Virus record (IMG/VR): IMGVR_UViG_3300023055_000022
Coordinates: 1-29,137 of that record
From: a virus
Taxonomy: Duplodnaviria; Caudoviricetes
Length of the DNA: 29,137 nucleotides
Strand: one strand, 5' to 3'
Both the position numbers and the translations under genes were made by a program. Of this stretch, positions 23,949-29,137 are shown piece by piece (within the stretch, counting starts at the first letter, position 1; the number at the start of each line of letters is the position of its first letter). The notes beneath the pieces were generated by a model. That model did not search any database and had not been told where the DNA came from. It was given only the letters and a program-made list of their open reading frames with translations.

Positions 23949-24667
23949 GCCTGTTACCGCACAACGCCACGTTGCTGGAGCGCGCCCTGGAGCGGGCTAG
24001 CGAGCAGGGCATAGACCCGGAAATCATCCGGGGTGTGGCCGACTCGGCGCGCTGCCCGCCGGACTTCCTGCCCTGGCTCGGCTGGGCCTGGAAGGTCGAA
24101 GGCTGGGAGGCGGCCAACACCAACGCACAGCGCCGCGAGCTGGTCCGCGAGGCGATCCCGGTCCACAAGACCAAAGGCACCGTCGGTGCAATCCGGCGGG
24201 TGCTCAAGGCGGTGCGGGTCAACGCGGATTTCAAGGAATGGCACCAGATCCCGAACGCGGCCCCGTACACGTTCCAGGTCACGGCCTGGGCGAACGAGAA
24301 CCGCGAGGGGGAGGGCTCGATTATCTCGCCGCAGTTGGGCGAGCGTCTGCGCGCCCTGGTCGACGCGGCCAAGAACGAGCGCAGCCACTACGAGTTCCGC
24401 TTAGGCGCGCGATTCGACGGTGGGCTAGTGCTGGCCAATGCCTCTCGATCCCGCGCGCTGCAGCGCCGAACGGCTGAGGCCCAAGGGGTACCGGTTGACA
24501 TCTCTGAACAGCGTTTGCTGTTTGCCAATGCCACAAACGTGCTGGGCGTGGATCGACAGTTTGTCGAAGCGCAAAGCGAACCTATTCATTCAGAAACGGG
24601 CCTGCAGGTCGCTGGTGTGACCCGCTCCCGCGCTGTCGTGCGCGTCTCGATGGAGGCTGTTCTATGA
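23945..24667 (+). CDS. Baseplate/tail protein I, 240 aa
   Basis: SLLPHNATLLE, CPPDFLPWL, HKTKGT and AKNERSH motifs. Confidence 0.93.
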   Translation: MSLLPHNATLLERALERASEQGIDPEIIRGVADSARCPPDFLPWLGWAWKVEGWEAANTNAQRRELVREAIPVHKTKGTVGAIRRVLKAVRVNADFKEWHQIPNAAPYTFQVTAWANENREGEGSIISPQLGERLRALVDAAKNERSHYEFRLGARFDGGLVLANASRSRALQRRTAEAQGVPVDISEQRLLFANATNVLGVDRQFVEAQSEPIHSETGLQVAGVTRSRAVVRVSMEAVL

Positions 24668-25350
24668 GTACCCCATTACAACCCCTGATCACCAAGGCCG
24701 GCTTGGCGGCAATTCTGCGTGCGGACAATACCGGCATCGCCGCGCAGATTACCCATATCGCCCTGGGCACCTCGGGCTACAGCCCCGACGCGAGTTTCAA
24801 AAGCCTGCAGAACGAGGTAGCCCGTTACCCCGTCGCGGGCGGCGAGCGCCTGAGCAGCACCTTGCTACACATCGTCGCTCTGGCCGACGGCAGCACGGCT
24901 CACTGGGTGCGCGAGATTGGCTTTCTGCTAAGCGACGGCACCCTGTTTGCGGTGTGGTCGCACCCGACTACGCCACTTGCCTACAAGTCGGCCGACACCG
25001 ACTTGCTGTTGGCCTATGACCTGTCGGTGGCAGCGCTGCCGGCCAACAGCGTGACCATCGTCAGCACCGAGGCAGGGCTAAGTCTGAGCTTGGCTGCACC
25101 GATGGCCGCCCAGGCAGCGGCAGTCATGGCCGAGCAAATGCGCGGCCTGCTGCAACAGGATCAGCTCGACCAGCAGGCCGAAAAGCAGCGCATTGCGGGG
25201 CTGCAGCTGGCCAACCTGACGCCTCGGCTCAAAGACACCGAGCAACGCCTTAACGTGGACCGTGAGGCGACGCAAAGCGCTCTCGCGGTCCAGGCGGCGG
25301 CGGTGATTTCCCTACAAACCCTGGTTGTTCAAAACATTTATGGAGCCTGA
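24664..25350 (+). CDS. Tail fibre proximal (baseplate-anchoring) protein, 228 aa
   Basis: ITKAGLAA, ITHIALG and WVREIGFLLSDGTLFAV anchor domain, then a helical C-terminus. Confidence 0.8.
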   Translation: MSTPLQPLITKAGLAAILRADNTGIAAQITHIALGTSGYSPDASFKSLQNEVARYPVAGGERLSSTLLHIVALADGSTAHWVREIGFLLSDGTLFAVWSHPTTPLAYKSADTDLLLAYDLSVAALPANSVTIVSTEAGLSLSLAAPMAAQAAAVMAEQMRGLLQQDQLDQQAEKQRIAGLQLANLTPRLKDTEQRLNVDREATQSALAVQAAAVISLQTLVVQNIYGA

Positions 25351-25352
25351 CT

Positions 25353-26093
25353 ATGAGTCTTGAAAGCGATATCGCCAATATGCTGGCCAAGGCCGACACC
25401 TTGATCACCTACTTTGGCGGCAAGAAAGCCGATATTGATGCAGCGGTGGCCAGGGCGCTGGCGGCGATCCCGGCGAGCAACAAGAGCTTTTATATCAATG
25501 CGCTCACGGGCGTTGACACCAACGACGGCACGGCCGACAAGCCACTTAAGACGCTGGAAAGGGCTATTGCGAACACGCCCTTTGGCGGCACCCTGACCGC
25601 GTACCTGCAATCCGATTATGTGGCAGGCGCCAACGTCACGCTTGATAGCCGCTTCTTGCACCTGCGCTCTGACGTGGCCGGCACCAAGCGTAAAGTCACC
25701 TCGAATTACTTCCAGAACAGTGACGGGACCTCCACCCACATGGCGGGCATTGTGCTGTTCAACGGTGCGCAGGTCATGTCGTCGGACGTTACCTTTGTAT
25801 TCCCGTCGCCCGCCGGCCAGGTTATCCCGCCGAGTGGCTTCACCAATTCATTCTTCAAGACCCAGTCCAATGGCGGCAACGTGAGCGTGGGCGTCAAGCT
25901 GAGTTCGTGCGAGATTTTGGCGGCATCGGATTGGGCGGGCTGGGTGGTGGGTTCACCTAACAGCGCGGTGATTTTTGAAACGCTGACAACGTCGTTCCCG
26001 GCCAGCTTTGGCGGTCGGTATGTGTATGGCGTGGCCGCCGGTACCAACCCGGCCACCTTGGCAAACATTCTGACCAACCTTCCGACTCTGTGA
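25353..26093 (+). CDS. Putative receptor-binding/distal tail fibre protein, 246 aa
   Basis: N-terminal amphipathic helix; FYINALTGVDTNDGTADKPLKTLERAI beta-helix cap motif; beta-rich body. Confidence 0.65.
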   Translation: MSLESDIANMLAKADTLITYFGGKKADIDAAVARALAAIPASNKSFYINALTGVDTNDGTADKPLKTLERAIANTPFGGTLTAYLQSDYVAGANVTLDSRFLHLRSDVAGTKRKVTSNYFQNSDGTSTHMAGIVLFNGAQVMSSDVTFVFPSPAGQVIPPSGFTNSFFKTQSNGGNVSVGVKLSSCEILAASDWAGWVVGSPNSAVIFETLTTSFPASFGGRYVYGVAAGTNPATLANILTNLPTL

Positions 26094-26100
26094 GGACCTA

Positions 26101-26565
26101 ATGCAAACAACCAACCTTTCCGTCGATTTCGGCGGCAATACCCTGGTGGGTTACACCTTTTCGGATCTGCCCATTGGGGCAGCCTTGATTGTCGCGTGCC
26201 AGCAGATCGACCAAGCCGCCGATCAGGCGCGCCGCGCCGTGCTGGGCGACACACTACGCGCCCTGGAGTACCAAACGGCCGCTCTGGAGGCCGAAGCCTT
26301 CGCCCAAGGCGGTTACGCCGGCGATGTGCCGCCAACGGTGCAAGCGTGGATGGACGCGGCCGAGCTGGACGCCCAAGCGGCAACCGACAGCATTCTGGCC
26401 GAGGCGGCCGCCTGGAAAGGCGCGCTGTACAAGATTCGTGCGGCGCGCTTGAAGGGCAAGCAGGAGGTGCGCAAGCGCGGTACCCACAGCGCGGCCGAAG
26501 CCTCCGCAGATGAAGCAATTACCGCGATTCTGGCCGGTATTCAAGGCGTCGGTAACGCCAACTAA
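26101..26565 (+). CDS. Putative tail fibre assembly protein, 154 aa
   Basis: IDQAADQAR, EYQTAALEAEAF and IRAARLKGK pattern; follows fibre genes. Confidence 0.65.
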   Translation: MQTTNLSVDFGGNTLVGYTFSDLPIGAALIVACQQIDQAADQARRAVLGDTLRALEYQTAALEAEAFAQGGYAGDVPPTVQAWMDAAELDAQAATDSILAEAAAWKGALYKIRAARLKGKQEVRKRGTHSAAEASADEAITAILAGIQGVGNAN

Positions 26566-26591
26566 ATTCACCTCGAACCGTAAACCTCAAG

Positions 26592-26612
26592 GGCCGCTAT
26601 GCGGCTTTTTTT
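26592..26612 (+). terminator. Intrinsic terminator-like hairpin
   Basis: GGCCGC-TAT-GCGGCT followed by a T run. Confidence 0.55.
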
Positions 26613-26629
26613 GTGCCTGGAGGGCACGC

Positions 26630-26953
26630 ATGAATCGAACCCACTTTGAGCACGTCCTTGCGGCGCTGCTGATCATGGGCGCCCTGTGGGGCGTCCTGGC
26701 CCTACTGGGCGTGCCTGCTGGCCATTGGGCCGGCGCCGCTGCCGGCGTCTTCTTCTTTGCCGGCCGCGAGTACACCCAAGGCGAGCGCAACCTGGCGCAC
26801 GTCGAGTCGGTGCACCTGGCGAATCTGCGCTGGTATGACGGCCTGCGCATTTGGCGATGGACCGTAGACGGTCGCCTCGACTTCTTCTGCCCACTGGTGG
26901 CCTGCCTGACCGTGGCGTTGCTGGTCCAGGTGCTGCAGATCCTGCAGCGCTGA
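26630..26953 (+). CDS. Hypothetical membrane protein, 107 aa
   Basis: ATG at 26630 after GGAGG; three hydrophobic segments; GREYTQGE motif. Confidence 0.75.
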   Translation: MNRTHFEHVLAALLIMGALWGVLALLGVPAGHWAGAAAGVFFFAGREYTQGERNLAHVESVHLANLRWYDGLRIWRWTVDGRLDFFCPLVACLTVALLVQVLQILQR

Positions 26954-27016
26954 CAATTTCCTTTCTTCCACCCTCGGGCCGCGCACGACGCGGCCCTGTG
27001 CTTTCTGGAGTTTCAA

Positions 27017-28183
27017 ATGGCTGGATTCTTTCACGGCGTTACCGTAACGAACGTCGACAGCGGTGCGCGAAACGTCTCGCTTCCGTCGTCCTCAATCATT
27101 GGCCTGGTCGACACTTTCACCGAGGGCGCCGGCGCCACGGCCAAGGCTGGCGACCTGGTACTGATCACTAACGAGCGTGAGGCGGTCGCCGCATTCGGTG
27201 CCACTTCTGCGATCACCAAGGCCTGCCAGGCCATCTATGCCCGCTCCAAGGCGGTGATCGTCGCCACCGGCGTGGCCAAGGTGGTCGACGGTGCCGCGCA
27301 AACTTCCGGGATCATCGGCGGGGTGCAGGCCAGCGGCAAGCGTACCGGCCTGCAGGCGCTGCTGGATGGCAAGAGCCGTTTCAACGCCCAGCCGCGCCTG
27401 ATCATTGCGCCCAAGCATAGCGCGACCCAGGCGGTGGCCACCGCCATCGACTCGATTGCCACCAAGCTGCGAGCGGTCGGGATCATCGACGGCCCCGGTA
27501 CCACCGACGAGGCGGCCACCACCTACGCCAAGCTGTTCGGCTCCAAGCGCCTGTACATGGTCGACCCCGGCGTGCAGCTGTGGGACACCGTTACCAGCGC
27601 GACCATCGACGCGCCGGCCTCGGCCTGGGCGGCCGGCGTGTTCGCCTACACCGACAGCGAATACGGTTTCTGGTCGTCGCCTTCGAACAAGGAGTTTGTC
27701 GGCATCACTGGCACCACCCGTGCCATTGAGTACCTGGACGGCGACGAGACGTGCCGGGCCAACCTGCTCAACAACGCCAACATTGCGACCATCATCCGTG
27801 ACGACGGTTTCCGCCTGTGGGGCAACCGGACGCTGTCGAGCGATTCGAAATGGGCGTTTGTCACCCGCGTGCGGACCATGGACATGGTCATGGACGCGAT
27901 TCTGTACGGCCACAAGTGGGCGGTGGACCGGGGCATTACCTCGACCTACATCCGCGATGTGACCGAGGGCCTGCAGGCCTTCATGCGCGACCTGAAAGCC
28001 CAGGGCGCAATCATCAACTTCGAGGTTTACGCCGATCCGGTGCTCAACACGGCCAGCCAGCTGGAGCAGGGCAAGGTGTATTGGAACATCCGTTTCACCG
28101 ACGTTCCGCCGGCTGAAAACCCGAATTTCCGTATCGAAGTCACCAATCAATGGCTGACAGAAGTCCTCGATCAAGTCGCGTAA
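27017..28183 (+). CDS. Tail sheath protein (P2 FI family), 388 aa
   Basis: FFHGVTV, RTGLQAL, FWSSPSN and GFRLWGNRT motifs. Confidence 0.96.
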   Translation: MAGFFHGVTVTNVDSGARNVSLPSSSIIGLVDTFTEGAGATAKAGDLVLITNEREAVAAFGATSAITKACQAIYARSKAVIVATGVAKVVDGAAQTSGIIGGVQASGKRTGLQALLDGKSRFNAQPRLIIAPKHSATQAVATAIDSIATKLRAVGIIDGPGTTDEAATTYAKLFGSKRLYMVDPGVQLWDTVTSATIDAPASAWAAGVFAYTDSEYGFWSSPSNKEFVGITGTTRAIEYLDGDETCRANLLNNANIATIIRDDGFRLWGNRTLSSDSKWAFVTRVRTMDMVMDAILYGHKWAVDRGITSTYIRDVTEGLQAFMRDLKAQGAIINFEVYADPVLNTASQLEQGKVYWNIRFTDVPPAENPNFRIEVTNQWLTEVLDQVA

Positions 28184-28195
28184 GGAGCGCACCAC

Positions 28196-28705
28196 ATGGC
28201 AATGATTCCCGAAATTCTGGCCAACATGAACCTGTTTGTGGACGGTGTCAGCTTCCAGGGCGACGTGCCCAGCCTGACCTTGCCCAAGCTCACGTTGAAG
28301 ATGGAGGAGCACCGTCCAGGTGGCATGGACATGCCTATCGAGATGGACGTGGGTATGGAGAAGATGGAGTCCAACTTCACCACCACTGGCGTGCGCAAAG
28401 AGTCGCTGAAGTTCTACGGCCTGGCTGACGGTAGCGCCTTCAACGGTACGTTCCGGGGCTCGTTCAAGGGCCACAAGGGCGAAACGAAGCCGGTGATTGT
28501 CACGCAGCGCGGCACCCTGAAAGAGCTGGATATGGGTGACTGGAAACCAGGTGACAAGGCCGAGCTCAAGCACGCAGTGGCGTTGACCTACTACAAGCTG
28601 GAAGTCGGCGGGGAGGTCATCTACGAGATCGACCCGATGGCCATGAAGCGCGTTATCAACGGCGTCGACCAGCTGGCTAGCCAGCGCCGCGACCTCGGCG
28701 TGTAA
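28196..28705 (+). CDS. Major tail tube protein (P2 FII family), 169 aa
   Basis: LPKLTLKMEEHRPGGMD, YYKL and INGVDQL motifs. Confidence 0.96.
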   Translation: MAMIPEILANMNLFVDGVSFQGDVPSLTLPKLTLKMEEHRPGGMDMPIEMDVGMEKMESNFTTTGVRKESLKFYGLADGSAFNGTFRGSFKGHKGETKPVIVTQRGTLKELDMGDWKPGDKAELKHAVALTYYKLEVGGEVIYEIDPMAMKRVINGVDQLASQRRDLGV

Positions 28706-28747
28706 TCCCTTCAGCCCTTTCTCACACCCTTTTCAAGGTATCAATCC

Positions 28748-29044
28748 ATGACCAAGCCACTGCCCAAGTTCATCATGCTGGAAGCCGACCGCGTCACCGT
28801 AACGCTCACCAGCCCGGCCGAGCTCAACGGCGTTCAGCAGGACCACGTCACCTTGCGCGCGCCGACTGTGCGCGACATCCGCAACTCGACCAAAACCTCT
28901 GACGGCGACGACGAGCAGCGCGAACTGAACCTGTTTGCCTCCCTGGCCGAGGTTCACGTCAAAGATCTAGAGGGCCTCACCTACAAGGACTACAACCGCC
29001 TGGCCACGGGCTACAACTTTCTGGTGCGAGACGACGAGCTTTAA
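28748..29044 (+). CDS. Tail assembly chaperone (P2 gpE-like), 98 aa
   Basis: TLRAPTVRD, LFASL and DYNRL motifs; follows tube gene. Confidence 0.9.
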   Translation: MTKPLPKFIMLEADRVTVTLTSPAELNGVQQDHVTLRAPTVRDIRNSTKTSDGDDEQRELNLFASLAEVHVKDLEGLTYKDYNRLATGYNFLVRDDEL

Positions 29045-29137
29045 TCCGGCCACGCAAAAGCAAGCGGCCAAGCGACTTGCGGCTGAGCTGAACTTCTCGG
29101 CAGCAGAGATCCAGACCATGTCCTACGCGGACATGGT
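29040..29137 (+). CDS. gpE'-like extension in the +1 frame (partial, runs off window)
   Basis: Frame from 29040 reads FNPATQKQAAKRLAAELNFSAAEIQTMSYADM, resembling the P2 GpE-family C-terminal peptide; no ATG/GTG/TTG in frame between the stop at 28968 and 29118. Confidence 0.65.

Larger units (their letters stand above)
125..29137. mobile_element. Temperate prophage (lambda-like head, P2-like contractile tail), probably integrated at tRNA-Ser(CGA); right end lies beyond the window
   Basis: Integrase, xis, cI/cro, replication, terminase, portal, capsid, baseplate, sheath and tube genes in syntenic order; left boundary inferred because attR is not visible. Confidence 0.9.

Noticed and set aside
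27092-28573. 493-aa antisense ORF over sheath and tube genes
   Set aside because: Shadow ORF opposite two conserved structural genes, with no motifs
12843-29137. Interpretation as an R-type tailocin locus
   Set aside because: Terminase, portal, capsid, cos, replication and integrase genes are present, so this is a prophage

Overview
Left ~29 kb of a temperate prophage, most likely from Pseudomonas judging by protein content and high GC, sitting immediately downstream of an intact tRNA-Ser(CGA). Order: tRNA and putative att arm; a lower-GC three-gene cargo operon (589-2501); tyrosine integrase and excisionase; a leftward early operon that includes a PrtN-like activator; a cI/cro switch with five recognisable operators; CII-like, TraR-like and primase-polymerase/SF3 helicase genes; an iteron-rich putative origin; a putative late regulator; holin; a lambda-like cos site; a lambda-type head module; and a P2/R-pyocin-type contractile tail module that runs off the window end. 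Tape measure, endolysin and attR are not in the window. The best candidate for a new system is the translationally coupled cassette between att and int: a TIGR04255/SecB-like protein, a protein with a disordered N-terminus plus HEAT-like helices, and an ADP-ribosyltransferase-like protein. It may be a chaperone-antitoxin-toxin anti-phage module. Other notable signals are a recurring RNA hairpin motif (loop UCACCAC followed by GCACAGC) in both early transcripts, an integrase with Ser in place of the box I catalytic Arg, and a probable prfB-like +1 frameshift (CTT TAA) in the tail chaperone. All protein family calls come from motif recognition and synteny; no database searches were run.
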